From contig CAWFQL010000017.1 in the NCBI GenBank assembly GCA_963817915.1, forward strand, positions 480,001-544,000: DNA of 64,000 bases. The letters run 5' to 3'. The notes under the pieces were generated by a model, which was not told the origin of the DNA, searched no databases, and saw only the letters and a program-made list of their open reading frames with translations. Shown in pieces: positions 12,216-23,053 of the stretch (the first letter of the stretch is position 1; every line of letters starts with the position of its first letter). Origin of the DNA: an uncultured candidate division Zixibacteria bacterium. GTDB lineage: Bacteria > Zixibacteria > MSB-5A5 > UBA10806. The position numbers and the translations under genes are program-made.

Positions 12216-12584
12216 ATGATACAAGAATATTCCAATTTAAATGTAGCCGATAATTCCGGCGCGAGAATCGTCCAATGTTTTCGCGTGCTCGGCGGGACCA
12301 GAAAACGTTATGCAAAAATCGGTGATATTATCGTAGTCGCCGTAAAAGATGCCATTCCCGGAGCGGCTGTCAAAAAGAGCGATGTCGTGAAGGCCGTTGT
12401 CGTACGAACCACCCGTGAAACACGACGCAAGGATGGCTCTTATATAAGATTTTCAGATAATGCGGCCGTTATTATTAATGATCAAAATGAACCGCGCGGA
12501 ACGCGTATTTTTGGACCGGTTGCCCGAGAATTGCGCGATAAGCAGTTTATGAAAATAATCTCCTTGGCCCCGGAAGTATTGTAG
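12216..12584 (+). CDS. rplN: 50S ribosomal protein L14
   Basis: [20 protein letters not shown]. Confidence 0.99.
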   Translation: MIQEYSNLNVADNSGARIVQCFRVLGGTRKRYAKIGDIIVVAVKDAIPGAAVKKSDVVKAVVVRTTRETRRKDGSYIRFSDNAAVIINDQNEPRGTRIFGPVARELRDKQFMKIISLAPEVL

Positions 12585-12595
12585 GAGAATCAATT

Positions 12596-12907
12596 ATGAA
12601 AATACGAAAAGGCGATACAGTCAAAATCATTTCCGGCAATGATAAGGGAAAGACAGGCAAAGTGCTTAAGGTGATTCCGGATACCGAAAGAATCATCATC
12701 GAAGGTGTCAATCTGGTTAAGAAGCACTCGCGCCCCACTCAAAAAAATCGTAAGGGTGGAATTGTCGAAAAGGAAGGCGCTATCCACGCCTCCAAAGTCA
12801 TTTATTTTGATGCTCGTTCGAATACTGTCTCCAGAATCGGTCATAGAATTCTGGCCGACGGCAATAAAGTAAGAATTAATAAGAAAACCGGAGAGATCAT
12901 AGAATAA
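12596..12907 (+). CDS. rplX: 50S ribosomal protein L24
   Basis: KOW motif [19 protein letters not shown]. Confidence 0.99.
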   Translation: MKIRKGDTVKIISGNDKGKTGKVLKVIPDTERIIIEGVNLVKKHSRPTQKNRKGGIVEKEGAIHASKVIYFDARSNTVSRIGHRILADGNKVRINKKTGEIIE

Positions 12908-12908
12908 A

Positions 12909-13451
12909 ATGGCCAGATTAAGAAAAAATTATACGGATAGTATCAGGCCCACTCTGATGAAAAACTTCGGTTATAAGAATGTCAATCAGGTACCGAAGAT
13001 TGAAAAAATAGTCGTCAATATGGGTGTGGGCGAATCGATTGGCGACCCCAAGAAGCTCGAAAGCGCGATCACTGACCTCACCACTATTACTGGACAAAAG
13101 CCGGTGACCAGGAGAGCGAAAAAATCGATCTCTAATTTCAAGCTTCGCGCCGGAATGCCCATCGGGTGTTCCGTTACTTTGAGAGGCGATAAAATGTATG
13201 AATTTCTCGATAGGTTCATCAATGTCGCCGTCCCGCGTATTAGAGATTTCCGCGGAGTCCCGTCAAAATCATTTGATGGCCGCGGCAATTATACGTTGGG
13301 TATTACAGAGCAGATTATCTTCCCCGAAATCGAATACGACAAAATCGACAAAATTCGGGGCATGAATATATCGATTGTTACTACTGCTAAGAATGATAAG
13401 GAAGGCATCGAATTGCTCCAGGCGTTCGGCATGCCATTCAAGAGGAATTAA
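12909..13451 (+). CDS. rplE: 50S ribosomal protein L5
   Basis: [15 protein letters not shown]. Confidence 0.99.
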   Translation: MARLRKNYTDSIRPTLMKNFGYKNVNQVPKIEKIVVNMGVGESIGDPKKLESAITDLTTITGQKPVTRRAKKSISNFKLRAGMPIGCSVTLRGDKMYEFLDRFINVAVPRIRDFRGVPSKSFDGRGNYTLGITEQIIFPEIEYDKIDKIRGMNISIVTTAKNDKEGIELLQAFGMPFKRN

Positions 13452-13454
13452 TAT

Positions 13455-13640
13455 ATGGCGAAAAAATGTAAAATTGCCGCTTCCAGGAAAACTCCAAAAT
13501 TCCATGTCAGAGTGCATAACCGTTGCAGACGATGTGGAAGGCCCCGTGGCTACTTGAGGAAATTCGGTCTCTGCAGGCTTTGCTTCAGAGAATTGGCCCT
13601 GGCGGGAGAAATCCCCGGCATTACAAAGGCGAGCTGGTAG
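13455..13640 (+). CDS. rpsN: 30S ribosomal protein S14, short zinc-binding type Z
   Basis: 61 aa with RCRRCGRPR and GLCRLCFR. Confidence 0.98.
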   Translation: MAKKCKIAASRKTPKFHVRVHNRCRRCGRPRGYLRKFGLCRLCFRELALAGEIPGITKASW

Positions 13641-13647
13641 GTATTAT

Positions 13648-14046
13648 ATGAAAACCACTGATCCGATTGCAGATTTCCTAACACGAATTAGAAACGCCTT
13701 TAGGGCTAAATTGAGACGGGTCGATATTCCCGCCTCCAATATCAAAATGAAAATGGCCGAGCTTTTGGTAGAATTAAATTATCTTAGAAGCGTCGATTTT
13801 ATTGAGGATGGCAAGCAGGGAATCCTCCGCATTCGACTCAAATATACGCCGGATTCAAAAAGCGTTATTACCGGAATACAACGAGTCTCCAAACCCGGAC
13901 TGAGGAAGTATCTGGCCAAAGATGAACTATCAAAAAATTCGCGCAAAATGGGCATGGTAATTCTCTCCACTTCCAGCGGCCTTCTTACAGATAAGATGGC
14001 CATGGAAAAAGGCGTCGGCGGCGAAGCCATGTTTAAGGTCTGGTAA
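13648..14046 (+). CDS. rpsH: 30S ribosomal protein S8
   Basis: TDPIADFLTRIRNA, SKPGLRKY. Confidence 0.99.
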   Translation: MKTTDPIADFLTRIRNAFRAKLRRVDIPASNIKMKMAELLVELNYLRSVDFIEDGKQGILRIRLKYTPDSKSVITGIQRVSKPGLRKYLAKDELSKNSRKMGMVILSTSSGLLTDKMAMEKGVGGEAMFKVW

Positions 14047-14061
14047 AGGGGAAATAGTTTT

Positions 14062-14601
14062 ATGTCACGAGTAGGCAAACGGCCAATTGCAATCCCTAAG
14101 GGAGTCAAGATATCACACTCCGGTGATACGGTTACTGTCGAAGGACCCAAGGGAAAATTGAGCCAGAAAATGATTAATATCATCTCTTTGGAAATTAAAG
14201 GGGAAGAGGCAATCCTTACCAGGCCGTCGGATTCAAAACAGAATCGAGCCTATCATGGCCTGTATAGAGCCCTGATCGCAAATATGGTTAAGGGTGTCAC
14301 TCAGGGCTTTGTGCGCGATCTGGAATTACAGGGTGTAGGGTACAAAGTGGAGCAGACCGGTAAATCCGTTACTTTCGCCTTGGGATTTTCACATCCCATA
14401 AGCTTATTGCCCCCGGCAGGAATAAAGATAGACATTCAAAGCCCAATCAAGTTGTCAATATCTGGAATAGATAAACAACTCGTCGGGCAGGTTGCAGCGA
14501 AAATACGCTCGCTTAAACCGCCGGAGCCATACAAAGGCAAAGGCATACGTTACGTTGGCGAGCATGTCAGGCACAAAGCCGGCAAGACCGCAGGAGCATA
14601 A
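14062..14601 (+). CDS. rplF: 50S ribosomal protein L6
   Basis: MSRVGKRPI, PEPYKGKGIRY. Confidence 0.99.
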   Translation: MSRVGKRPIAIPKGVKISHSGDTVTVEGPKGKLSQKMINIISLEIKGEEAILTRPSDSKQNRAYHGLYRALIANMVKGVTQGFVRDLELQGVGYKVEQTGKSVTFALGFSHPISLLPPAGIKIDIQSPIKLSISGIDKQLVGQVAAKIRSLKPPEPYKGKGIRYVGEHVRHKAGKTAGA

Positions 14602-14602
14602 T

Positions 14603-14965
14603 ATGGCAGATAAAAATACTATTAATCGCGCGGCGCGAATTAAACGAGCTCAAAGGGCCAGGACATATTTAAAAGGCACAGCCGAACGGCCGAGACTTGT
14701 GATTTTCAAAAGTCTTAACCATGTTTACGCTCAACTGGTCAATGATTTGGATCAAAAGACTATTACTGGAGTCTCCAGTCTTAAGGGTAGTGTCAATGCC
14801 AAGGGCAATATGACCCAAAAAGCCCAGTCTGTCGGATCCGCCATAGCCAAAAAAGCGATCGACCTCGGAATCAAAAAAGCCGTTTTTGATCGTTCTGGAT
14901 ATATTTATCACGGTCGCGTAAAGGCATTTGCCGATGCGGCGCGAAAAGCGGGATTGGAATTTTAG
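14603..14965 (+). CDS. rplR: 50S ribosomal protein L18
   Basis: [23 protein letters not shown]. True ATG at 14603, just after the rplF stop. Confidence 0.98.
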   Translation: MADKNTINRAARIKRAQRARTYLKGTAERPRLVIFKSLNHVYAQLVNDLDQKTITGVSSLKGSVNAKGNMTQKAQSVGSAIAKKAIDLGIKKAVFDRSGYIYHGRVKAFADAARKAGLEF

Positions 14966-14988
14966 CACTTTTCATATGAGAGGTTAAA

Positions 14989-15477
14989 TTGGCAAGATTT
15001 TCTGACGACCAATTCGAGTTTTTGGAAAAGGTTATCCATGTAAATAGGGTCGCCAAAGTCGTGAAGGGTGGACGCCGTTTCAGTTTCACTGCGCTCGTGG
15101 CGACTGGCGATAAAAATGGCAAAGTCGGAATTGGCCTTGGCAAGGCCTCTGAAGTATCCGAAGCCATCCGCAAGGGCAGCGAAGCTGCCAGGAAAAATAT
15201 GGTTTTGATACCCCTGACTGCCGGCACTATTTCAAAAGAAATTACCGGTAGATTCGGTGCCGCCTGCGTTATGCTGAAACCGGCCGCTCCAGGCACTGGT
15301 GTCATCGCGGGCGGACCTGTTCGTGCCGTACTCGAATCTGCGGGCATACAGGATATTTTAACCAAATCGTTGGGTTCCGCCAACCCGCATAATGTCGTCA
15401 GAGCTACAATGAATGGTCTGCTTAGTCTCGGACATATTGAAGACCTGGCAACTTTCAGAGAAGCGGAGTTGAAGTAA
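14989..15477 (+). CDS. rpsE: 30S ribosomal protein S5 (TTG start)
   Basis: [23 protein letters not shown]. Confidence 0.99.
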   Translation: MARFSDDQFEFLEKVIHVNRVAKVVKGGRRFSFTALVATGDKNGKVGIGLGKASEVSEAIRKGSEAARKNMVLIPLTAGTISKEITGRFGAACVMLKPAAPGTGVIAGGPVRAVLESAGIQDILTKSLGSANPHNVVRATMNGLLSLGHIEDLATFREAELK

Positions 15478-15478
15478 T

Positions 15479-15661
15479 ATGGCTGGCAAATTAGAAATTC
15501 AACAAATAAGATCAGTCGCGGGCACAAGCGCACATCAGCGCAGGGTAATTAAATCCCTCGGCCTGAGACGTCGCGAGCAAACAGTCGTCCACGATGATAC
15601 CCCGACAATCAGGGGAATGATCGATAAGGTTTTTCACCTGGTAAAGGTCACGAAACGGTAG
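15479..15661 (+). CDS. rpmD: 50S ribosomal protein L30
   Basis: [20 protein letters not shown]. Confidence 0.98.
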   Translation: MAGKLEIQQIRSVAGTSAHQRRVIKSLGLRRREQTVVHDDTPTIRGMIDKVFHLVKVTKR

Positions 15662-15668
15662 GATATAA

Positions 15669-16160
15669 ATGGATCTTTCAAATCTAAAACCCAGTCCCGG
15701 ATCGACAAAAAAAGTCAAGCGGCTTGGTCGCGGCCCCGGTTGCGGACACGGCAAGAATTCAGGTAAAGGAAATAAGGGTCAGAGAAAACAATCGGGTTTC
15801 AAGAGCAAATCATGGTCTGAAGGCGGCCAGATGCCGTTACAGAGACGTTTGCCTAAAAGAGGTTTTACCAATATTTTCCGTGTCGATTACCAGGAAGTTA
15901 ATATCGGCTCATTCGACGAAATAACTTCAGCCGAGATCAATCCCGAAATTCTCCGCAAGAGCGGATTAGTGAAGGGAAAAGGCCGTCCGATTAAGGTTCT
16001 TGGCGATGGTGATTTGGCAAAGGCTGTTGCAGTTACCGCCCACGCCTTTTCGAAAACCGCTAAAGAGAAAATTGAAAAAGCAGGCGGCAAAGCTATTCAA
16101 ATCGTGTTCAGAACCGCTACCCAGGTAGCGAAAGCCGCCAACGATGCCAAAAAGAATTAA
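15669..16160 (+). CDS. rplO: 50S ribosomal protein L15
   Basis: EGGQMPLQRRLPKRGF. Confidence 0.99.
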   Translation: MDLSNLKPSPGSTKKVKRLGRGPGCGHGKNSGKGNKGQRKQSGFKSKSWSEGGQMPLQRRLPKRGFTNIFRVDYQEVNIGSFDEITSAEINPEILRKSGLVKGKGRPIKVLGDGDLAKAVAVTAHAFSKTAKEKIEKAGGKAIQIVFRTATQVAKAANDAKKN

Positions 16161-16192
16161 TGATGTTTGCAAACTGTTAGCGAGGAGCAATA

Positions 16193-17518
16193 GTGCTTGA
16201 AAGCGTAAGAAATATATTCAAGATACATGAGCTGCGCCAGAGAATTCTATTCACACTGGGGCTTTTGGTAGTTTATCGTATTGGTGGCCATATTCCCACC
16301 CCGGGTGTCGACCTCAAAGCTATTGAGCAGTTCAATCCCGGCGGCCTCCTGAATTTATTCGATCTGTTCGTCGGAGGCGCTTTTACCAAGGTCACCATAT
16401 TCTCGCTTGGTATTATGCCTTATATTTCTTCATCGATTATTATCCAGCTTTTGGGCGCCGTGATTCCTTTCTTCCAGAAATTGCAAAAGGAAGGCGAAGA
16501 AGGTAGACGCAAGATCACTCAGTACACCCGTTACGGAACAGTGCTTATTGCAGCCATGCAATCAATGGCGACCGCGTTCTATCTGGCGGAGCAAACCGCT
16601 CCATCTCTGCTTTTGCCCGGCATATCTAAATTGAATTTTGTCCTTATCACAATGCTTACATTCACATCGGGCACAATTTTCATAATGTGGCTTGGAGAAA
16701 GAATTACCGAGAGGGGCATCGGCAACGGTATTTCATTAATCATCTTTATCGGTATTATCGCTCGATTCCCTCGCGCTGTAATGGATGAAATCGAGAAATT
16801 CTTCCCCGGATTATTCGGCATGACAGGTGCTGCTCGTGGCAATATTGTCAAAGAGGTCCTGATCATTGCCTTTATGATAATAATAGTTGCTGCTGTAGTG
16901 CTGGTCACGAGAGCGCAGCGAAAGATTCCCGTTCAGTATGCGAAACGAGTGGTCGGTCGGAAAGTCTACGGCGGAACCAGTACCCACATTCCGCTATCAG
17001 TTAACGCCGCCGGCGTTATCCCGATTATTTTCGCGCAGTCGATTATGTTCGCTCCGCAGACGATCTTATCGTTCTTCCCCGAAAATGATTTCATGCTTAC
17101 CATATCTGGTTGGTTCGATCCGCGCAGCATTGTCTATATCTCGCTTTATGCGCTGATGATCATATTCTTCGCGTATTTTTATACTGCCATCGTATTCAAC
17201 CCTGTCGACCTCGCTGACAATATGAAAAAGCAAGGCGGATTCATTCCGGGTATTAGGCCCGGCCAGCGAACGGCGGAATATATAGATAGAGTCCTGACCC
17301 GTATTACACTGCCTGGTGCCTTCTTCTTCGCGTTAATCGCGATATTGCCGAATATTATGTCCAATATTGCGGATGTGCAATTTTATTTCGGCGGCACGGG
17401 CCTTCTGATCGTCGTAGGAGTCGCCCTCGACACATTACAGCAGATCGAATCCCATCTCCTTATGAGACATTATGATGGTTTCATAAAGAAGGGCAGAATG
17501 AAAGGCAGATATAGTTGA
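16193..17518 (+). CDS. secY: preprotein translocase SecY (GTG start)
   Basis: LGIMPYISSSII, GIGNGISLII, PGIRPG. Confidence 0.99.
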   Translation: MLESVRNIFKIHELRQRILFTLGLLVVYRIGGHIPTPGVDLKAIEQFNPGGLLNLFDLFVGGAFTKVTIFSLGIMPYISSSIIIQLLGAVIPFFQKLQKEGEEGRRKITQYTRYGTVLIAAMQSMATAFYLAEQTAPSLLLPGISKLNFVLITMLTFTSGTIFIMWLGERITERGIGNGISLIIFIGIIARFPRAVMDEIEKFFPGLFGMTGAARGNIVKEVLIIAFMIIIVAAVVLVTRAQRKIPVQYAKRVVGRKVYGGTSTHIPLSVNAAGVIPIIFAQSIMFAPQTILSFFPENDFMLTISGWFDPRSIVYISLYALMIIFFAYFYTAIVFNPVDLADNMKKQGGFIPGIRPGQRTAEYIDRVLTRITLPGAFFFALIAILPNIMSNIADVQFYFGGTGLLIVVGVALDTLQQIESHLLMRHYDGFIKKGRMKGRYS

Positions 17519-18162
17519 TAGGTCTGATTTTCTTGGGCGCGCCGGGTTCCGGAAAGGGAACTCAGGCCAAAAGACTTGCCCAGAAATTCACTCTTGAACA
17601 TATATCGACCGGCGACATGCTTCGAAATGCGATAAAGGATGAGACCGAATTGGGATTAAAAGCCAAGACATTCATGGATGCCGGACAACTTGTTCCTGAT
17701 AATATAATATTGGAAATGATTAAGGAAGAGTTGACTGGATTGAAAAAAGGCTTTATATTTGATGGCTTTCCGAGAACAGTCGCTCAGGCCGAGGGCCTCG
17801 ACAAAATTCTCGGCGAGCTCGATAGAAAAGTCGATGCGGCCATTAATTTGACCGTCGATGATTCCGTGCTTATTGATCGCCTGTCCGCTCGCAGGATATG
17901 CAAATCATGCGGCACCGAATATAATTTGAAGACAAAACCGCCACGCAAAGAAAACATCTGCGATCTCTGCGGCGGCGAGCTTTACAGGCGGTCAGATGAT
18001 GCCGCTGATGTAATAAATAAACGGCTTCAGGTCTATTATGAGAAGACCAAGCCGATGGAAGATTATTACCGTTCAAAAGACCTGATGGTCGAGATTGACG
18101 GCAATAGAAATTTTGACGAGGTTTTTGGTTCCATCACCGACGCGATCGGTGAGGGAAAATGA
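17515..18162 (+). CDS. adk: adenylate kinase (zinc-lid type)
   Basis: GAPGSGKGT, DGFPRT, CKSC...CDLC lid. Confidence 0.98.
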   Translation: MIGLIFLGAPGSGKGTQAKRLAQKFTLEHISTGDMLRNAIKDETELGLKAKTFMDAGQLVPDNIILEMIKEELTGLKKGFIFDGFPRTVAQAEGLDKILGELDRKVDAAINLTVDDSVLIDRLSARRICKSCGTEYNLKTKPPRKENICDLCGGELYRRSDDAADVINKRLQVYYEKTKPMEDYYRSKDLMVEIDGNRNFDEVFGSITDAIGEGK

Positions 18163-18905
18163 TCTTTTATAAATCATCCCGCGAAATAGAAAAAATGAAA
18201 AAAGCGGGAAGGATTGTTGCCGAAGCCCTCGACTTGCTCTCTGAAAACATAAGACCCGGGATTACTACCCGAAAACTGGATTCGATTACGGCGGAGTTCT
18301 TTAAAAAGAGCAATGCAAAATCCGCCTTCCTCGGCTACCAGGGCTATCCTGCCAATATCTGCGTCTCGATCGACGACGAAGTCGTTCACGGCATACCCAA
18401 TGACAGGAAAATCGTCGAAGGCCAAATAGTCAGCGTGGATTTGGGAGCTATCGTAGACGGATACTTTGGCGACTCTGCGAAAACCTTCGCTGTCGGCAAG
18501 ATCAGTGACGACGCTGAAAAGCTTATGAATGCCACCGAGGAATCACTTTACGAAGGAATTAAGATGTGCGTTGTTGGAAAGAAGCTCGGCGATCTTTCGG
18601 CGACGATTCAGCGGTATGTTGAATCAAGAGGGTATTCGGTAGTAAGGGATTTGGTTGGTCATGGCATCGGCAGAAAAATGCATGAAGAGCCACAAGTGCC
18701 GAATTTCGGCGAGCCAAATACCGGGATTGATTTTAAGGAAGGACTGGTCATGGCAATTGAGCCGATGATCAACATCGGCGGCTACAAAGTCCAGATAATG
18801 TCGGATGGATGGACAATAGTCACAGCTGACGGCTCACTATCCGCGCATTTCGAACATACAGTGGCAATCACTGCCAATGGACCGGAGATTTTAACGAAAA
18901 GATAG
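18159..18905 (+). CDS. map: type I methionine aminopeptidase
   Basis: VVHGIP, GHGIG...HEEP, SAHFEHT. Confidence 0.98.
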   Translation: MIFYKSSREIEKMKKAGRIVAEALDLLSENIRPGITTRKLDSITAEFFKKSNAKSAFLGYQGYPANICVSIDDEVVHGIPNDRKIVEGQIVSVDLGAIVDGYFGDSAKTFAVGKISDDAEKLMNATEESLYEGIKMCVVGKKLGDLSATIQRYVESRGYSVVRDLVGHGIGRKMHEEPQVPNFGEPNTGIDFKEGLVMAIEPMINIGGYKVQIMSDGWTIVTADGSLSAHFEHTVAITANGPEILTKR

Positions 18906-18906
18906 T

Positions 18907-19125
18907 ATGGCAAAAGAAGATGTAATCGAGGTTGAGGGAAAGGTTGTTGAACCTTTACCAAACGCAATGTTCAAGGTAGAACTTGATAATGGTCATCAGG
19001 TGCTTGCTCATATTTCGGGCAAGATGCGGATGCATTTTATCAAGATTCTCCCGGGCGATAAGGTGACCCTTGAATTATCACCTTATGACCTCAATCGCGG
19101 TCGAATAATATACCGACATAAATGA
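18907..19125 (+). CDS. infA: translation initiation factor IF-1
   Basis: [11 protein letters not shown]...SPYDL. Confidence 0.99.
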   Translation: MAKEDVIEVEGKVVEPLPNAMFKVELDNGHQVLAHISGKMRMHFIKILPGDKVTLELSPYDLNRGRIIYRHK

Positions 19126-19138
19126 TTCGGAGATTGTC

Positions 19139-19252
19139 ATGAAAGTCCGTTCAAGTGTGAAAGTTCGTTGTGAAAAATGCAAAATTGTAAGACGCCAGGG
19201 CGTGGTTAGAGTAATCTGCTCTAATCCAAAACATAAACAGCGTCAGGGCTAA
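19139..19252 (+). CDS. rpmJ: 50S ribosomal protein L36 (below the ORF-track cutoff)
   Basis: Translated by hand: [37 protein letters not shown]. Confidence 0.98.
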   Translation: MKVRSSVKVRCEKCKIVRRQGVVRVICSNPKHKQRQG

Positions 19253-19264
19253 AAGGAGGTTGGT

Positions 19265-19639
19265 TTGGCACGTATCGCTGGTATAGACCTGCCTCGCGAT
19301 AAAAGAATCGAAGCGGCATTAACTTATATCTATGGTATAGGACAACCGTCCGCTAAGGAAATTTTGCGCAAGTCCGGAGTAAGTCCTGATGTCAGAGTCA
19401 AGGACTTGACCGAAGATCATATTTCGAAAATCCGCGGCGTCATTGAGCAGGATTATAAGGTCGAAGGCGCCCTGAGGACCGATGTCAATATGAGCATCAA
19501 ACGGCTTATCGATATCGGCTCTTATAGAGGCTTGAGACATAGAAGAGGCCTTCCGGTTCGCGGGCAGAGGACCAAGACCAATGCCAGAACCAGAAAAGGC
19601 CCCAAGAAGACTATAGGCAGGAAAGTAAAAGCTGAGTAA
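19265..19639 (+). CDS. rpsM: 30S ribosomal protein S13 (TTG start)
   Basis: [26 protein letters not shown]. Confidence 0.99.
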   Translation: MARIAGIDLPRDKRIEAALTYIYGIGQPSAKEILRKSGVSPDVRVKDLTEDHISKIRGVIEQDYKVEGALRTDVNMSIKRLIDIGSYRGLRHRRGLPVRGQRTKTNARTRKGPKKTIGRKVKAE

Positions 19640-19656
19640 TAAAAAGGATGGAGTAA

Positions 19657-20052
19657 TTGGCGGAACCGACTAAAAGAAAAAAAGTTAAGAAAAAAGGTGT
19701 TAAGGTAGAATCTACCGGAGTGGCTCATATCAGAGCTACATTCAATAATACGATAGTTTCTATCACCGATACACATGGTAATGTTGTTTCTTGGGCTACC
19801 TCCGGCAAATCCGGGTTCAAGGGTTCCAAGAAGTCAACGCCTTTCGCTGCACAGATGGCTGCCCAATCAGCGGCAAAGGAAGCCATTGAGCAGGGCATGA
19901 GAAGAGTCGAAGTCTGGGTGAAGGGCCCCGGCTCCGGTCGTGAAGCAGCTATAAGGTCGCTTCAGGCTGCTGGACTCGAAATTAGCGCAATCCGCGACGT
20001 TACTCCTATTCCCCATAATGGCTGCCGTGCACCCAAAAGACGCAGAGTATAA
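19657..20052 (+). CDS. rpsK: 30S ribosomal protein S11 (TTG start)
   Basis: [20 protein letters not shown]. Confidence 0.99.
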   Translation: MAEPTKRKKVKKKGVKVESTGVAHIRATFNNTIVSITDTHGNVVSWATSGKSGFKGSKKSTPFAAQMAAQSAAKEAIEQGMRRVEVWVKGPGSGREAAIRSLQAAGLEISAIRDVTPIPHNGCRAPKRRRV

Positions 20053-20063
20053 CCAGGAGTATT

Positions 20064-20693
20064 ATGGCAAGATATAGAGATCCAAATTGCAAATTATGTC
20101 GCCGTGAAGGCATGAAGCTCTTTCTGAAAGGTAGTCGTTGTACTACCGATAAATGCGCATTTGAGCGTCGCGGCTATGCCCCCGGCCAACATGGTCAATC
20201 CGGACGAAGAAAAGGTTCCGAATACGGATTCCAGCTTCGTGAAAAACAGAAAATCCGCCGCATTTATGGCGTGCTCGAACGGCAGTTCCACAATTACTTC
20301 GAAAAAGCCTCGCGGTTAAAGGGTGTCACAGGTGAAAACCTGCTCGTCCTCCTTGAATGTCGTTTCGATAATATGGTTTATCGCCTTGGCTTCGCGCCTT
20401 CAAGGAAGGCTGCTAGGCAGTTAATTATACATAGACATTTTACTGTTAATGATAAAATCGTCGACATACCATCATATCAGCTCAAGCCCGGCAATATTGT
20501 CAAAGTCAGAGAAAACAGCCGTAATCTTGATATTATCCATATGGCCATGAAGGACGCCGGGAAAGGATTCGATCTTCCCTGGGTGCGTTTGGACAAAGCC
20601 AAAATGGAAGGCGAGCTCCTGGAACGGCCCAAGAGACTCGATATTCCAACAACGGTGCAGGAGCAAATGGTTGTCGAACTGTACTCCAAGTAA
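20064..20693 (+). CDS. rpsD: 30S ribosomal protein S4 (zinc type)
   Basis: CKLCRREG, QLREKQK, VVELYSK. Confidence 0.99.
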   Translation: MARYRDPNCKLCRREGMKLFLKGSRCTTDKCAFERRGYAPGQHGQSGRRKGSEYGFQLREKQKIRRIYGVLERQFHNYFEKASRLKGVTGENLLVLLECRFDNMVYRLGFAPSRKAARQLIIHRHFTVNDKIVDIPSYQLKPGNIVKVRENSRNLDIIHMAMKDAGKGFDLPWVRLDKAKMEGELLERPKRLDIPTTVQEQMVVELYSK

Positions 20694-20717
20694 TGTGAGT
20701 TCCCGGAGGAAATATAG

Positions 20718-21710
20718 ATGAAGTGGAAAAGCATGCAAATGCCAAAAGAGGTGGTTCTTGATGAAAGTGCCGCCACTAATCAGTACGGTAAGTTCGTTAT
20801 CGAGCCCCTCGAAAGAGGCTTTGGCCATACTCTTGGCAATGCGTTAAGAAGAGTATTGCTCTCTTCAATCCAGGGAGCGGCCGTCGTTGCTATCAGAATT
20901 GACGGCGTTCTACATGAATTCACAACTGTACCTGGAGTTCTCGAAGACATGACCGAGATAGTCTTAAACATCAAACGGCTTAAATTAAAATTCATCGGTG
21001 ATGAGCCTAAAACGATTACATTGTCGGTCAGTTCAAAGGGAAGCTATAAAGCGGCTGATATTGAAACCGATGCTGACATTGAAATTGTCAATCCCGATCT
21101 GCATCTCGTCACTCTCAATGATGACATCAAATTCAGAATGGAAATGGATGTCGATGTAGGTAGAGGATTTGTCACTGCTGATCAAAATAAAAAGACCGGC
21201 GTCCCGGTCGGAACCATTTTCCTCGATACCCGTTTTTCGCCGGTAGTTAAGGTCAATTACCTGGTCGAAGATACGAGGGTTGGTCAGAGAACAGATTACG
21301 ATAAACTTACCGTAGAAATCTGGACCGACGCCACGATTTCGCCCGAAGACGCGATCAGCTTTTCGGCGAAGCTCATCCGCGACCATCTTGGGATTTTCGC
21401 CAAGGTCGATCAAGAGATGGAAATGGCTGAAGAAGAAGTAGTCGATGAAGAAGTCATGAGAATTCGAAATCTACTCAAGATGAGAGTTGATGAACTCGAG
21501 CTTTCGGTGCGTTCATCCAATTGTCTTCATGCTGCCAATATCGTAACTCTTGAAGATCTCGTTCGCAAGACCGAGGGTGAAATGCTAAAGTACCGCAATT
21601 TTGGCCGGAAATCGCTGAATGAACTTAATGCGATTCTTGGAGAACTTGGACTCTCATTCGGCATGGATGTTGATAAATATAAAGAAACCGAAGAACTAAA
21701 GGCTTCATAG
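20718..21710 (+). CDS. rpoA: RNA polymerase alpha subunit
   Basis: EPLERGFGHTLGNALRRVLLSS, RNFGRKSLNE. Confidence 0.99.
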   Translation: MKWKSMQMPKEVVLDESAATNQYGKFVIEPLERGFGHTLGNALRRVLLSSIQGAAVVAIRIDGVLHEFTTVPGVLEDMTEIVLNIKRLKLKFIGDEPKTITLSVSSKGSYKAADIETDADIEIVNPDLHLVTLNDDIKFRMEMDVDVGRGFVTADQNKKTGVPVGTIFLDTRFSPVVKVNYLVEDTRVGQRTDYDKLTVEIWTDATISPEDAISFSAKLIRDHLGIFAKVDQEMEMAEEEVVDEEVMRIRNLLKMRVDELELSVRSSNCLHAANIVTLEDLVRKTEGEMLKYRNFGRKSLNELNAILGELGLSFGMDVDKYKETEELKAS

Positions 21711-22244
21711 ATGCGTCACAAAAGATATGTCAAAAAACTCGGCGTAAAAACGCCCCATCGCAAAGCCATGATGACCAACATGGCCGATTCCCTGCTCGCT
21801 CATGGTAAAATCAAAACTACCACCGCCCGCGCCAAAGTTGTGCAAAGCAAAGTAGAACGGCTCATTACTCTTGCCAAACGGGGCGGCTTACATGCCCGCC
21901 GTCAGGCGGTTGCCGCGTTGGCCAATGGTGCCACCGTCAAAAAACTTTTCGACGAGATCGCTCCCGAATTCAAGAATGTCAATGGGGGCTACACTCGCCG
22001 GGCATTTTTTGGAAGACGTTTAGGCGATGGCGCTTCATTGACAGTCGTTGAGCTCAATATCCAGAAAAAGGTAGTCGCTGAGCCTAAGAAGGGCAAAGAA
22101 GGTGCCGAGGCCGAAGTAAAAGAAGAACCTAAGAAGGCCAAAGCCGCTGCCAAAGAGCCAAAAGCCAAAAAGGAAAAATCAGCCGAAGCCAAAAAGCCCA
22201 AGGCTAAAAAGGCCAATGACAAGAAGGCTCCAGCCAAAGCGTAG
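21711..22244 (+). CDS. rplQ: 50S ribosomal protein L17 with Lys/Ala/Glu-rich C-tail
   Basis: MRH...IKTT, GGYTR. Confidence 0.98.
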   Translation: MRHKRYVKKLGVKTPHRKAMMTNMADSLLAHGKIKTTTARAKVVQSKVERLITLAKRGGLHARRQAVAALANGATVKKLFDEIAPEFKNVNGGYTRRAFFGRRLGDGASLTVVELNIQKKVVAEPKKGKEGAEAEVKEEPKKAKAAAKEPKAKKEKSAEAKKPKAKKANDKKAPAKA

Positions 22245-22272
22245 ATCAAAAAATAAAATTTATCATTTTCTT

Positions 22273-22780
22273 GTAGAGACATGCTATAGCATGTCTCTCT
22301 TTATTTTATATATCCTTCAGGATGGAGCTCCTGCGACATCCTGAGGGGCAAGGATGATATATCATGGGTGGCACCCATCCCCGTCCGTCCTGCCTCCGGC
22401 ACTGTCATTCCGCACTTGATGCGGAATCTTGCGAGTGGTTCGCGTTAACAAATCTCCGACGCAAGAAGGCAGCCGTAGGTCGCGGTTCCGAACGAGCGTA
22501 GCGAGTTTACAATCCGGCAACTGACGGATGAGAAACCCGACATCATGTCATTGCGAGAAGTCCGGCGACTGCCGGACTTCGAAGCAATCTGCGGGAAGCA
22601 TCCTTAAGATTGCTTCATCCGTCCAAAACCTGTTCAACCAGCATTTGTTTTGAAAACCCCCGATAGGTGGAAGGACGGGGGCCCCGCTTTCTAATCCGGC
22701 GACAGCCGGATAATGTGACGATTTGGATCCTGGGATCCAGCGCCACATTTTTTCGCCGAAAACGAAAAATGTGGTGCCGG
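22273..22780. repeat. cluster of REP-like palindromic elements
   Basis: GTAGAGACATGCTATAGCATGTCTCT (22273); GTCATTCCGCACTTGATGCGGAATC (about 22404); GTAGGTCG...AAACCCGACA (22475-22542); GTCATTGCGAG...GAAGCAATCT/AGATTGCTTC (22547-22616). Each recurs elsewhere in the window. Confidence 0.85.
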
Positions 22781-22914
22781 AAAAATCTGAAAGGTTTGAC
22801 GGACAAATTCAAAAGTAGCGCGAAATGAAAAATTAACAAAACCCAATATATAGAAAATAATTATCAAATAATTCCAATAAATAGTATTTGTATCCAAATA
22901 TCGGCTAATACTAC

Positions 22915-22943
22915 TTGACACACCGCCCTTGTTGGAATATTTT
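22915..22943 (+). promoter_or_regulatory. sigma70-like promoter for the tRNA pair
   Basis: TTGACA-N17-TATTTT with an AT-rich upstream tract. Confidence 0.6.
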
Positions 22944-22960
22944 ATGACGCTAAGGCAACT

Positions 22961-23034
22961 GGGCCCATAGCTCAGCTGGTTAGAGCAACTGACTCATAAT
23001 CAGTGGGTCCCAGGTTCAAGTCCTGGTGGGCCCA
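22961..23034 (+). tRNA. tRNA with CAT anticodon, most likely tRNA-Ile2 (lysidine); CCA not encoded
   Basis: Acceptor GGGCCCA/TGGGCCC, D arm AGCTCAGCTGGTTAGAGC, anticodon arm ACTGA-CTCATAA-TCAGT, T loop GGTTCAAGTCC. Ile2 rather than Met is inferred from the acceptor stem. Confidence 0.92.
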
Positions 23035-23053
23035 TTATGATTATGCTGAGCGT

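Noticed and set aside
14492..14602. N-terminal extension of L18 in the ORF track
   Set aside because: It overlaps rplF; the SD and ATG at 14603 give a normal L18.
22548..22921. Short ORFs in repeat clusters (also 48005, 50518, 54413, 54480, 60292, 63555)
   Set aside because: They are translations of palindromic repeats, with no SD or recognisable protein features.
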